64,000 nucleotides of DNA from Phycisphaerae bacterium (GCA_963666925.2 CAXXTC010000006.1:32001-96000); one strand, 5' to 3'; counted from the first letter of the stretch, positions 37,396-47,577 are shown. Notes: generated from the letters alone by a model not told the origin. Translations and numbers: made by a program.

Positions 37396-38322
37396 CTACC
37401 TTATCAACCCGCGTTGCCGCAGGTACGTCAGCACCAGCACGTCGAACGGAACCCGCGTGCTGGTGAACAGGTAATTGATGCCGCGGCACAGGCAGTGATC
37501 CTTCAAACCCGCGCAATACGTCTTGAGATTGGCCTTGTACTTGTCCAGCAGCGGCTTGCTGATGGTCACTTCCGCGGTGTCGTCGTCCTCGACGTCCAGC
37601 AGCTTCAGATCGCCGGCAAGCTCGGGGTTGATTTCTTCCGGCGAAAGCACCTGGATGACGTACAGATCGAGGTCGCGACTGAGTAAATAGCGCAGCCCGT
37701 CGGCGTAGCCAGTCTTGTCGAGAAAATCGCTCAGCACGACGACCACGCCCTTGCCCGTGTAGCGAACGGCGAAGCGCTTGGCGACGGCCGTGAAATCGGA
37801 CGCCCCCTCCAGCGGCATATCTCGCAAAAACTGCATGAGCTGCGCGGCCAACCGCCGGCCGCGCACGCCGCGCATCTCGTGCGTCAGCGTGCCGGAATAG
37901 CCATAGATGCTCACACGGTCGTAGCGGACCAGGCCGATGTACGCCAGCGCGGCCGCAACCCGTTTGACATACATCCCCTTGTTCGGCTTGCCCCAGTCCA
38001 TGCTGCCCGAAACATCGAGCAAGATGGTGACGTTCAGGTCTTCCTCTTCGAGGAACAGCTTCAGCAGCAGCTTTTCGAGCCGGGCGTAGATGTTCCAGTC
38101 CAGAAAACGCAGGTCGTCGCCGACGACATAGTTGCGATAGTCGGCGAACTCGACGCTCTCGCCGCGGCGCTTGCTGCGGCGTTCGCCCTTCATCCGCCCA
38201 ACAAATATCTTGCGTGAGAGAATTTCGAGCCGTTCGAGGCGGTTCATGAAATCCGCCGACAGCAACTCGCCGTCGTCGTCAGGCGACTGATCGGGCCGGA
38301 TTGTCGTCGGTTCGGTAGCCAT
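37396..38322 (-). CDS. DUF58 domain protein
   Basis: GESVEFADYRNYVVGDDLRFLDWN, LDVSGSM, VLSDF. Confidence 0.95.
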   Translation of the reverse strand: MATEPTTIRPDQSPDDDGELLSADFMNRLERLEILSRKIFVGRMKGERRSKRRGESVEFADYRNYVVGDDLRFLDWNIYARLEKLLLKLFLEEEDLNVTILLDVSGSMDWGKPNKGMYVKRVAAALAYIGLVRYDRVSIYGYSGTLTHEMRGVRGRRLAAQLMQFLRDMPLEGASDFTAVAKRFAVRYTGKGVVVVLSDFLDKTGYADGLRYLLSRDLDLYVIQVLSPEEINPELAGDLKLLDVEDDDTAEVTISKPLLDKYKANLKTYCAGLKDHCLCRGINYLFTSTRVPFDVLVLTYLRQRGLIR

Positions 38323-38334
38323 GGGCAGCGCCGG

Positions 38335-39351
38335 CTACGCAACCGCCTCGGTGGCGGTGGGCAGCTTTTCCAGGATGTCGTCAATGACGCTGTCGGTGCT
38401 GAGTCCTTCGGCCTCCCCTTCAAAATTGAGCAGCAGACGGTGACGCAGCCCGGGACAGGCCGCCTTCTTGACGTCGTCGAAACTCACGTTGTACCGGCCA
38501 TCGAGCATGGCGTAGATCTTCGCCGCCAGCGTGAGCGCCTGGGCACCACGCGGGCTGGCCCCCCAGCGCACATATTGATTCACCATCGGCGTCGCAAACT
38601 CGCCCTCGGGATGCGTCGCCAGCACCACGCGGATAGCGTAGTCCTGTACGTGCGGGGCCATGATGATCCGCTGCACGAGTTTCTGGCCGGCGATAATCCG
38701 CTCGCCGTCAAGCACCGGCTGTATATCGGGCACGTAGCCGGTCGTGGTGCGCTCCATAATCGTCTTCAGCTCTTCGCGATCCGAATAGCCAACGATGAGC
38801 TTGAAGAAAAACCGGTCGAGCTGTGCTTCGGGCAGCGGATAGGTACCCTCCTGCTCGATCGGGTTCTGCGTAGCCATGACGAAAAACGGGGCCTTCAGCG
38901 CGTAACGCGTGCCGCCGGAAGTAATCGCATGTTCCTGCATGGCCTCCAGCAGAGCGGATTGCGTCTTTGGCGTGGCGCGGTTGATCTCGTCGGCCAGCAG
39001 AATCTGAGCGAAGACCGGGCCGCGCTGAAACTCGAACCCCCGCCGGCCGGTCTGCGGGTCTTCGTTGATGATGTTGGTGCCGATGATGTCGGCTGGCATC
39101 AGGTCGGGCGTAAACTGAATGCGCGAGAAGTCGAGGTTGAGCGCTTGCGAGAGCGTGCGGATGAGCAGCGTCTTGCCCAGGCCGGGGACGCCCTCGAGCA
39201 ACGCGTGCCCATCGGCGAAGAGGCACACCAGCACCCCATCGACGATATCGCGGTGGCCAACGATCATCTTGCCGATCTCACCGCGCAGCTTGTCGAACTC
39301 CTCGCGAAAGGCCGCCACCTCGTGCTCGACCTGCATATCACCAACTGCCAT
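38335..39351 (-). CDS. moxR: MoxR family AAA+ ATPase
   Basis: EGVPGLGKT, RIQFTPDLMPADI, LADEINRATPKTQSALLEAM, ATQNPIEQEGTYPLPEAQLDRF. Confidence 0.96.
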   Translation of the reverse strand: MAVGDMQVEHEVAAFREEFDKLRGEIGKMIVGHRDIVDGVLVCLFADGHALLEGVPGLGKTLLIRTLSQALNLDFSRIQFTPDLMPADIIGTNIINEDPQTGRRGFEFQRGPVFAQILLADEINRATPKTQSALLEAMQEHAITSGGTRYALKAPFFVMATQNPIEQEGTYPLPEAQLDRFFFKLIVGYSDREELKTIMERTTTGYVPDIQPVLDGERIIAGQKLVQRIIMAPHVQDYAIRVVLATHPEGEFATPMVNQYVRWGASPRGAQALTLAAKIYAMLDGRYNVSFDDVKKAACPGLRHRLLLNFEGEAEGLSTDSVIDDILEKLPTATEAVA

Positions 39352-39468
39352 GTGGTTCTCCCCTGTGCGGCGTCGCCGCGTCCTGAGGACCCTCGCTATT
39401 CGACACTCACGGCACCGATTCTAAGGCCGGACCGCCCATCTTGCGAACCGATTCCCCGGGGCCACCGC

Positions 39469-40677
39469 CTAGAGATTACGGTTGTCGAGCCAATCCAGGA
39501 TCTCCGGGTAGATTTTCTCGGTGGCCAGCGGAGTGGCCTCGATCTCGCCGTGGGCCAGTTCGTCGATAAGCAGATGGTGCTTGTCGAGGGCCGGTATGCG
39601 GTCGAAGAACAGCTTGCGGGTGACGTCCGGGTTGGCGATCCGGTCGCGCCCGCCGTGCACCACGAGCGTTGAGACCTCGACCAGGTCGTAGTGGTCGGAA
39701 TAGATGTGGTCGGGCTGGCCCAGCAGGCTGATGAAGCCGCGCTGGCGAACGCACTTCGCGAGCTGGCCGAGCACGCCGGCCTTCATGGTATCCAGCACCA
39801 GCCGGCGACCGCCCAGGATGATGTCCGCCCGGTGGTTGGTACCCCCGGTAAACGTGCCGGCCAGTTGGAGCATAGTCTGGACGGCGGCACGTTCGAGTGT
39901 CTCAGCCCGCTCGGCCAGGGGCCGCGGCAGGCGGTGCCACCACGGCTTGGCAAATTCGCCGCCGGTGATCCAGTTCAGCGGGACCTCGCCGGCCGCTTCG
40001 AGAATCGCCTGAAGCCAGCCCCAGCGGGCCAGCAGCTCGAACGGATAGTTCGAGGAGCCGTCGGGTTTCCAGAATTCTTTGCCCAACTCGGCCCAGCGCA
40101 GCCGGCCGGCATCGTCGTACAGGGCCGCCGGCCAGCGCAGCGCAGCCGGAAACTCCACAAAAACGCACCCCGCCAGAGCTTCCTGGCGCTGCCGGGCCAG
40201 AGCCGCATCAGCGCGGATACCGCCCTGCCCCCCAGTTCCAGCAAACACGGCCCCCTGGACATACCCCGCCAGCGTCATGGCCCCCATGCTTGCCCCGATG
40301 ACAAACGGCTTGCGGCCCGTAACCTGGCGAACGTGGTCGACCACCGCCGGCAGATCGTAGAGAACAAAATGATCAACGCACCAGTCGGTCTGCTGGGCCG
40401 GCGGCGTGCTGAGCATGTGCGGGCCGCCGTGGCCGCGGAGATTCATCAGCCAGACGTCGTACCCGCCCGAGTGCATCACCGTCGCCAGGCTGCGGTAGTG
40501 ATAATCGGGCGTCTCGACGTCCGGCAGATTCCAGAGATCCGCGTTGGACGCCAGCCCGTGGATGGTAATCACCGGCGTACCATCCGGGTTCGCCCGGCGT
40601 TTGCAGGCAACCTCAGCACCATCCGCAGTTGGGATGCGCTCGATCGTGTAATCGGCAGTAGGCGTACTTTCTTCCAC
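39469..40677 (-). CDS. Alpha/beta hydrolase
   Basis: HGL oxyanion motif, NLRGHG, GASMG nucleophile elbow, GGRD, AHGE. Confidence 0.9.
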   Translation of the reverse strand: MEESTPTADYTIERIPTADGAEVACKRRANPDGTPVITIHGLASNADLWNLPDVETPDYHYRSLATVMHSGGYDVWLMNLRGHGGPHMLSTPPAQQTDWCVDHFVLYDLPAVVDHVRQVTGRKPFVIGASMGAMTLAGYVQGAVFAGTGGQGGIRADAALARQRQEALAGCVFVEFPAALRWPAALYDDAGRLRWAELGKEFWKPDGSSNYPFELLARWGWLQAILEAAGEVPLNWITGGEFAKPWWHRLPRPLAERAETLERAAVQTMLQLAGTFTGGTNHRADIILGGRRLVLDTMKAGVLGQLAKCVRQRGFISLLGQPDHIYSDHYDLVEVSTLVVHGGRDRIANPDVTRKLFFDRIPALDKHHLLIDELAHGEIEATPLATEKIYPEILDWLDNRNL

Positions 40678-40824
40678 GTACTAATCTCCGCCCGGGTAAC
40701 TGGCGGCTGCCGGCTCGCCCCGGATCAACTCGCGGAAAAGAATGATAGCCGGTCAGAGACAGCGCGTGGAGCGCCGGCCGGCCCGATCACGGGCTACCAG
40801 ACCGCACCTCGCGAAGACCCGCGC

Positions 40825-40860
40825 AAAACACACCGCCGTGCACATCGCTGCGCACGGCGG
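40825..40860 (-). terminator. Putative terminator after rplT
   Basis: CCGCCGTGC...GCACGGCGG stem followed by TGTGTTTT on the minus strand. Confidence 0.55.
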
Positions 40861-40898
40861 CATGATGATTATCCGTTCTCGTATGCGCGAGCCCCGGA

Positions 40899-41264
40899 TC
40901 AGGCCGGCTGAGGCACCTGCTCGCGGGCCAGTTCGACGATCTTGTCGAAGGCCGCCGCGTCAGCAATCGCAATCTCGCTGAGCATCTTGCGATTCAGGAA
41001 AATATTGGCGCGCTTCAGGCCGCCCATAAACTTGCTGTAGGAGAGCCCGCGGGCATTGCAGGCCGCAGTGACACGGGTGATCCACAGAGCGCGAAACTCA
41101 CGCTTGCGGGCACGCCGATCACGATAGGCGTTCTGGCCGGCCTTGATGACCGACTGCTTCGCCGACCGGTAAAGCTTACTTCGGCTGCCACGGAAACCCT
41201 TGGCGGCCTTGAGAACGCGTTTGTGCCGCCGACGGGTAGCGTGGCCAGGTCTTACGCGTGGCAT
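40899..41264 (-). CDS. rplT: 50S ribosomal protein L20
   Basis: MPRV, AKGFRG, AYRDRR..KREFRALWITR, LNRKMLSEIA. Confidence 0.98.
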   Translation of the reverse strand: MPRVRPGHATRRRHKRVLKAAKGFRGSRSKLYRSAKQSVIKAGQNAYRDRRARKREFRALWITRVTAACNARGLSYSKFMGGLKRANIFLNRKMLSEIAIADAAAFDKIVELAREQVPQPA

Positions 41265-41294
41265 CGCTTATGCTCCTTGTGCGCTGCTGCGCGA

Positions 41295-41492
41295 CTAATC
41301 CTCACACAACTGCCGACGGACGTTCCGGGCAATCTGCCCCGTGAGAATGGTCGGCTTGCGGAGACGCTGGCGACGTCGACCCGACTTGCCGCTCATCAGG
41401 TGCCCGGCAAAGGACTTCTTATACCGGACCTTACCCCGAGCGGAGACCTTAAACCGCTTCTGGACGCCCTTGTTTGGCTTCTGTTTATTCAT
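41295..41492 (-). CDS. rpmI: 50S ribosomal protein L35
   Basis: MNKQKPNKGVQKRFKVSARGKV...GHLMSGKS; directly upstream of rplT. Confidence 0.96.
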   Translation of the reverse strand: MNKQKPNKGVQKRFKVSARGKVRYKKSFAGHLMSGKSGRRRQRLRKPTILTGQIARNVRRQLCED

Positions 41493-41815
41493 CGCGATAC
41501 TTCCTGAGGATGTAGTCGAGCCACGCAGTATATTGCAACCCACCCTACCACGCAACCGACCACACAGAGATTTACTGTGACCGCTCCCAACAGTATAATC
41601 CCCCAACGGTCAGACCTGAAGCCCCCCGACAACCAGTCCGATGCTGTACACGGACCACGCCATGCCACTGGCCTGGTCGGCCCCAACTGGTGTCTCTGGT
41701 CGGCCCGATAATCTGACGCCTCCCCCCTGACACCAGACAGGATTTCAGTACGATTTAGCAGGACGCCCAAAGCTCGTAAACGCTGTTGTCCTACAATCAC
41801 GCTAGGAACGCCACC

Positions 41816-43198
41816 ATGGCTATGCGGAGAATGGGAATTATCGTCGGCGGAGGACCCGCCCCGGGTATCAACGCCGTCATCGGTGCCGCCACCATCCAGG
41901 CCATTAACGGCGGCTTCGAAGTCGTCGGCTTCTACGACGGGTTCCGCAATCTGATCTCCGATGCGTTCGACCCGCCAACGCATACCATGCGGCTCGACAT
42001 CCCACGCGTCGCACGCATCCATTTCGACGGCGGCTCTATCCTGCGGACCGCAAGATCCAATCTCCTCGACCAGGAATCCGTCAAGTCCGGCGGACGCGTC
42101 GAACCGCACCCCGCCAGGATCTCGCTAGCCCTCGGCCGGATGCGAGAACTCGGAATCAACTGCCTCCTGACCATTGGCGGAGACGACACCGCCCTCAGCG
42201 CACGCTTCCTCTCAGAAGCCGGCGGCGAGAACATGCGCGTCGTCCACGTACCCAAAACCATCGACAACGACCTCCCCCTCCCACAAAACCAGCCCACCTT
42301 CGGCTTCTCCACCGCTCGCTTCATCGGCGCCCAGCTCGTCAAGAACCTGATGCGCGACTCCCAGACCACCGGACGCTGGTACCTCGTCAACGCCATGGGC
42401 CGCAGCGCAGGCTGGCTCGCCATGTCCATCGGCCAGGCCGCCGGCGCAACCATCTCACTCATCCCCGAAGAGTTCGACGAAGTCAGCAGCATCGGACAAA
42501 TCGCCGACGTCCTCGAAGGGGCCATCCTCAAACGCCTCGTCCGCGGCCGGCGCGACGGCGTCGCCGTCCTCGCCGAGGGTCTGGCCTATCGCCTCGGCGA
42601 CCGCGAAGAGCTCAAACACCTGCTCGGACGCGAGGTGCCGCTCGATGCCGCCGGCCACATGCGCCTCTCCGAAGTCCCACTGCTCGAGCTCCTCAAACGC
42701 GAGCTTCAGGATCGTTTCAAGGCCCGCGGCGAAGCGCTGCCGCTGGTCACCCACAACATCGGCTACGAACTGCGGTCGGCCGACCCCACGCCACACGACA
42801 TGGCCTATTGCCGGGCACTCGGCTACCACAGCATCCGCCTCTTCACTCAGCCAAAGCCGCCCTCCCACGGCGTCATGGTCGCACTCGTCAACGGCAACCT
42901 CAAAGCCCTAGATTTCGGCGACATCGTCGATCCTGACACCAACCGCATCCAGACTCGGCTGGTCGACATCAACTCCGACGAGTACATGGTCGGCCGTGCC
43001 TACATGATCCGACTCGAACGGGCCGACCTCGAAGATCCGGTCACGCTCGCCAAGCTGGCCGTCGCGGCCCACATGTCGCCGGCCGAGTTCCGCCAGCGCT
43101 ACGAGCGGCCGGCTTCGCGGCTGTGCGATATCCCGACGCAATCCGCCGACTCGGCCAGCACTGCCCCCGTAAAACAGCCCGCAAACGAGCCCTATTAG
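41816..43198 (+). CDS. pfp: 6-phosphofructokinase, PPi-dependent type
   Basis: GGGPAPGINAVI, GGSILRT, IGGDDT, PKTIDND, MGR, GYELRS. Confidence 0.92.
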   Translation: MAMRRMGIIVGGGPAPGINAVIGAATIQAINGGFEVVGFYDGFRNLISDAFDPPTHTMRLDIPRVARIHFDGGSILRTARSNLLDQESVKSGGRVEPHPARISLALGRMRELGINCLLTIGGDDTALSARFLSEAGGENMRVVHVPKTIDNDLPLPQNQPTFGFSTARFIGAQLVKNLMRDSQTTGRWYLVNAMGRSAGWLAMSIGQAAGATISLIPEEFDEVSSIGQIADVLEGAILKRLVRGRRDGVAVLAEGLAYRLGDREELKHLLGREVPLDAAGHMRLSEVPLLELLKRELQDRFKARGEALPLVTHNIGYELRSADPTPHDMAYCRALGYHSIRLFTQPKPPSHGVMVALVNGNLKALDFGDIVDPDTNRIQTRLVDINSDEYMVGRAYMIRLERADLEDPVTLAKLAVAAHMSPAEFRQRYERPASRLCDIPTQSADSASTAPVKQPANEPY

Positions 43199-43258
43199 GA
43201 CCTGACCCGCAACTGCAGCATCGACTTGTAACCTCTGTCGCGCCGCCTACCCACTACT

Positions 43259-43316
43259 GTGGCACCGGTTTGTAATCCTTGTAGCCCCCCCTTGTGGCAC
43301 CGGTTTGTAACCGGTG
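43259..43316. repeat. REP-like repeats GTRGCACCGGTTTGYAA
   Basis: Copies at 43259 and 43294-43316; a third copy at 45696-45718. Confidence 0.75.
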
Positions 43317-43547
43317 TTTCGCGCCGGCAACAAACCCCAATGCCACAACTATGGAGCGACCTCTGGTAACACTGCGCTCGCGATTGGCCATCGGTTGGAG
43401 CGCGACTACAATCCGATGCCGTGTTCGACGGCGTATTCAGGGCCGAAGCGCCGCGCTCGCCAAAACCGCTCTACGGGCGTGCTGCTCGTCCCACCACTGA
43501 CAATCTGCTCACAGCTTGCGTAGCTGCACCAGCGCAAAACAGCGAGG

Positions 43548-44642
43548 ATGACCGTGCCGCGAGAAACGATCTCGATACCGCAAAAGCTGGAGTCGTTATC
43601 GGTGCTGGCGCCCGACGGGAAACTGGACACCGATCTGGAGCCACACATCCCGGACGACGACCTGCGCCGCCTGTACCGCTGCATGCTCACCGCCCGCCGA
43701 CTGGACGAACGCTGCCTGATGCTCCAGCGCCAGGGCCGCATCGGCACCTTCGGACCCAGCAAGGGCCAGGAAGCCACCCCGCTCGGCGTCGCCTACACGC
43801 TGAACCCGGACGACTGGCACGTGCCCACTTTCCGCGAGACGGCCGGCCAGCTCTGGCGCGGCTGGCCCATCGACACCATGATGCTCTTCTGGGGCGGGCA
43901 CGAAGCCGGCAACGCCGTCCCCGGAAACGTCAACGACCTGCCCACCGCCGTCCCGATCGCCTCACAATGCCAATACGCCATGGGCATCTCCTGGGGCCTG
44001 AAGCTCAAGGGCAATCAGCAGGTCTGCGCCGTCTACTGCGGCGACGGCGGCACATCAGAAGGCGACTTCCACGAGGCCCTGAACCTCGCCGGCGTACAGA
44101 ACCTACCCCTCATCATGGTCGTCCAGAACAACCACTGGGCCATTTCCATCCCACGCAGCGCGCAAACACGCTCCCAAACCATCGCCCAGAAAGCCGTCGC
44201 CTACGGAATCGACGGCGTCCAGGTCGACGGCAACGACATCCTCGCCGTCATCGTCGCCCTGCGCGAAGCAATCGAAAAAGCCCGCACCGGCGGCGGGCCA
44301 ACGCTGATCGAGGCCGTCACCTATCGCCTCAGCATGCACACAACCGCGGACGATCCGAAAAAGTACCGCACGGACGAGGAAGTCAGCGAGTGGGAACCGC
44401 GCGACCCACTACCGCGCTTCCAGCGTTACCTCCAGCGCAAGAAGCTGCTCGACGAGCAACTCGAGCAGGAGCTGGACGCAGAGATCAAGGCCGAGCTGGA
44501 CGAAGCCGTGCGGAAGTATGAGGCTTACAAGTTTGACCCAACCGATTTCTTCAACCACATGTACGCCGAGCTGACGCCGGAACTGCGCGAGCAGATGCAG
44601 GAACTGCGCGCCTATCTCGGTCAAATCCAGTCCGCCGACTGA
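43548..44642 (+). CDS. pdhA: Pyruvate (2-oxoacid) dehydrogenase E1 alpha subunit
   Basis: LQRQGRIG, GQEA, GDGGTSEGDFHEALN, QNNHWAIS, VDGND, HTTADDP. Confidence 0.92.
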   Translation: MTVPRETISIPQKLESLSVLAPDGKLDTDLEPHIPDDDLRRLYRCMLTARRLDERCLMLQRQGRIGTFGPSKGQEATPLGVAYTLNPDDWHVPTFRETAGQLWRGWPIDTMMLFWGGHEAGNAVPGNVNDLPTAVPIASQCQYAMGISWGLKLKGNQQVCAVYCGDGGTSEGDFHEALNLAGVQNLPLIMVVQNNHWAISIPRSAQTRSQTIAQKAVAYGIDGVQVDGNDILAVIVALREAIEKARTGGGPTLIEAVTYRLSMHTTADDPKKYRTDEEVSEWEPRDPLPRFQRYLQRKKLLDEQLEQELDAEIKAELDEAVRKYEAYKFDPTDFFNHMYAELTPELREQMQELRAYLGQIQSAD

Positions 44643-44696
44643 AAAATCGCCGGACAGAGATAGAGAGATGCACAACGTGGCAGAGAGGAGCACAAC

Positions 44697-45677
44697 GTGG
44701 CGCAGTTGACCATGGTGAAGGCGCTCAACCTGGCGTTGACGGAGTTGATGCACGCGGACTCGCGTGTACTGGTGCTCGGACAGGACGTCGGACAGGACGA
44801 GGGCGTCTTCCGCGTAACCGAGGGCCTGCTGCAAACGTTTGGCCCGGACCGCTGCATCGACACCCCCCTGGCCGAGGCCGCCATCGTCGGTGCCGGCATC
44901 GGCCTGTCATTCACCGGCTACCTGCCCGTGTGCGAGCTCCAGTTCGACGGGTTCTCGTTCCAGGCCTTTCACCAGACCGAGAACCACGCCCGCCGCTTTC
45001 GCAACCGCACGCGCGGCCGCTACACCTGCCCAATGGTGATTCGCATGCCCTACGGCGGCGGTATCCGCGCGATCGAGCATCACAGCGAAGCGCCCGAGGC
45101 AACCTACGCCCACTTGGCAGGTTTGAAAGTGGTCATACCCTCAGGCCCGCGGAACGCCCGAGCGCTCTTGCGCAGCGCGATCCTCGACCCGGACCCGGTG
45201 ATTTTCTTCGAGCCCAAGGCGGCTTATCGGGCGTTTCGCGAAGAGGTCCCGGACGAGCCCGAGACCATGCCGATCGGCAAAGGCGTCGTAGCTCGTGAAG
45301 GTCGCGACGTGACACTGATCACGTACGGGGCGCTTGTTCGGCCCACGCTGGAGGCGGCCGAGGAACTGGCGGACGAGCACGAGGTGGATGCCGAAGTGCT
45401 CGACATGTTGTCGGTGTCACCGCTCGACGGCGAGCTGATCAACGCATCCGTGCAGAAAACCGGCCGGGCGGTCGTCGTACACGAATCGCCGCGTCATTGC
45501 GGCGTCGGCGCCGAGATCGTCGCCCGAATCGTCGAAAAGAGCCTGCTTTACCTGGAAGCGCCGGTTAAGCGCGTTACCGGCTTCGACACGATCATCCCCT
45601 ACTTCGCAAACGAGCTGACCTACATCCCCAGCGCCGGCCGAGTCGTACAAGCCACGCTCGAAACGATGAAGTTCTGA
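44697..45677 (+). CDS. pdhB: Pyruvate (2-oxoacid) dehydrogenase E1 beta subunit
   Basis: GQDVG, GVFRVT, DTPLAE, ELQF, EHHSEAPE, DPVIFFEPK. Confidence 0.92.
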   Translation: MAQLTMVKALNLALTELMHADSRVLVLGQDVGQDEGVFRVTEGLLQTFGPDRCIDTPLAEAAIVGAGIGLSFTGYLPVCELQFDGFSFQAFHQTENHARRFRNRTRGRYTCPMVIRMPYGGGIRAIEHHSEAPEATYAHLAGLKVVIPSGPRNARALLRSAILDPDPVIFFEPKAAYRAFREEVPDEPETMPIGKGVVAREGRDVTLITYGALVRPTLEAAEELADEHEVDAEVLDMLSVSPLDGELINASVQKTGRAVVVHESPRHCGVGAEIVARIVEKSLLYLEAPVKRVTGFDTIIPYFANELTYIPSAGRVVQATLETMKF

Positions 45678-45939
45678 GCGGAAGAATCGACCAATGTAGC
45701 ACCGGTTTGCAATCGGTGCGTAAACCGGCCCTCGCCGGGGGCCCCATCCCAAAGTGTGGCACAGGCTAATAGCCTGTGGCGAGAACATGGGGCGGGTGAC
45801 GGACGGATGATTCAACCCGCGTCGCGCTGCACCCGCCCTTACAAACCACCCCCGAGCTTATAAACGATCTTACCTGGTACCAGGATCCTGCCGAGCGTAG
45901 CATAAGTGAGTAAACGAACCGGCTGTCGAGGAAACCACC

Positions 45940-46221
45940 ATGGCGCTATGCTGCCCGCATTGCTCAGCTCCGGTCACGGAAGTCGCCAACTTCTGCCCAC
46001 GCTGTGGACACGCACTGGCCCGCGGAGCAGGCCCGGACAGCGGCTTCATCCGCTGGCGCCGACAGGTTCACCGGCGTCAGGCGATTCTCAGCGGCCTGGC
46101 AATCCCCGTCGGGCTTTTCTTCCTGCCAATCAGCCCATTCACAACGCTGATCGTCACCGGCCTCGGCACACTCGGCCTGATAATCAGCCTCCTCCGACTA
46201 AGCCGCTACCCGGCCCAGTAA
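45940..46221 (+). CDS. Small zinc-ribbon membrane protein
   Basis: GAGG RBS; CPHC...NFCPRCG followed by two TM segments. Confidence 0.75.
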   Translation: MALCCPHCSAPVTEVANFCPRCGHALARGAGPDSGFIRWRRQVHRRQAILSGLAIPVGLFFLPISPFTTLIVTGLGTLGLIISLLRLSRYPAQ

Positions 46222-46288
46222 TTCCCCACGGCCGATCACTGGTCAAGCCCGCTTGACTAACTGCCCCTACAAGGCAAGCCTGCTTGAC

Positions 46289-46413
46289 TAGAACCTATCC
46301 TAAAACCTCATAACTGTGGTCATATGTACTGTGAGAATTGCAGTTTCTCTCGGGTTTCGCGTCATCCGGCCTCCAGTGGCGAGGTGCCAAAACAGGTTCT
46401 GGGATAGGTTCTA
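46289..46413. mobile_element. MITE-like element (~125 bp)
   Basis: Terminal inverted repeats TAGAACCTATCCTAAAACCT / AGGTTCTGGGATAGGTTCTA (18/20 match) with TA at both ends; no transposase. Confidence 0.7.
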
Positions 46414-46451
46414 ATCCCCACCTATAGAACATCGCCACTCCCGCAACACAC

Positions 46452-46478
46452 CCGCTCATGATGCTCAATTCGCAACGA
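46452..46478. repeat. 27-bp direct repeat, left copy
   Basis: CCGCTCATGATGCTCAATTCGCAACGA; 26/27 identical to 49892-49918. Confidence 0.85.
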
Positions 46479-46504
46479 GATCGACATCCCCCCGCCGGCG
46501 CGGC

Positions 46505-47056
46505 CTACGCCAAACGCGCATTGATCGCGTCGATCAGTTCGCGGTCGGAACGATACCGCGTCCCCCACGACCGCGGCAGCGTCGCGACCCGCCCGCCGTC
46601 ACGATCCAGCAACACAACCTCGCCCGACAGCGTCAGATGCTCCGCCCGACCCACCCGGGAAAGTTCGATACTGACCGGCTCCTCCGCTCCATAACGGGCC
46701 GTGAGATGCGCAGCGCTCAGCCGAAACTCGAGCTCGGGCGCGCGCTGCCGAGCGATTACCCACAGCGCGCCCCACATGCCTAGCAGAAGTGCCGGCGCAA
46801 TCAGGTCACCGACACCGAGATCAATGTCGACACTCGGCGGCAGGTCGAGGTGCCAGGCCCGGCCCAGCCAAACCAGGCCGGCCAGCGGAATACGCAACAG
46901 CATCAGCAGCGTGACCAATGCCAGCAGATCGAGCCCAACGGTCACCCACAGAGGCGCCGCCAAATGCCGGCGGAATACCTTGTCCATCGTACCGGCCGCA
47001 ACTTCCGCTCCCGGCGAATGTCCCGCAGAAGACCCGTTTGCAGTTTCCATGCTCAT
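46505..47056 (-). CDS. Hypothetical membrane protein (two TMs plus a possible PH-like domain)
   Basis: Two hydrophobic helices followed by a beta-rich C terminus. Confidence 0.6.
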   Translation of the reverse strand: MSMETANGSSAGHSPGAEVAAGTMDKVFRRHLAAPLWVTVGLDLLALVTLLMLLRIPLAGLVWLGRAWHLDLPPSVDIDLGVGDLIAPALLLGMWGALWVIARQRAPELEFRLSAAHLTARYGAEEPVSIELSRVGRAEHLTLSGEVVLLDRDGGRVATLPRSWGTRYRSDRELIDAINARLA

Positions 47057-47063
47057 CCCCGGT

Positions 47064-47532
47064 TCAACTCACCCCGGCCTCAACCAGCGCCGCCTGCTCC
47101 AACTGCTTCTCACGCATCAACTCACCCGCGGCCACCAACAGCTCTCCGTAGGTTTCAACGACCGGCAGCTTGGCAATATCGATCCCGTGGTCCTCGCACC
47201 AGAGTTCTACGGCGATTTCCATGCTCTCGATATCCTCGCCGTGCATCATGCACTTCGGCAAGCCGAAACCCGTTCGGAACGTATCTTCAGGTCGCAGCCG
47301 GGTCCAGTCGCTACCAACGCACTCACCTATCTGCACGTTGAGCGCCTCCAGCGCCGGCCGGGCCGATCCCCGCATCCGCACAAAAGGTCGCAAACCACTC
47401 GTCCGGCGACATCGCAAGCCGGCCTTCCAGTAACTTCTTACGCTGGTGTGCGCACTTATCGTACTGCCGGCAAGCGATCGCCAGCAGCACGCCGCCCACG
47501 ACAAGGATTACGATCAGCACGTGCACAGGCAT
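47064..47532 (-). CDS. Hypothetical membrane-anchored protein with ACP-like C-terminus; apparent frameshift near 47360
   Basis: MPVHVLIVILVVGG TM (ORF 47323-47541) joins the C-terminal half of ORF 47064-47504 (LRPEDTF...IESMEIAVELWCEDHGIDI...VETYGEL). Confidence 0.55.
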
Positions 47533-47577
47533 CCTCAACACCCTCGCGTGCCCATCTCAACACCACAGATCCCAATC

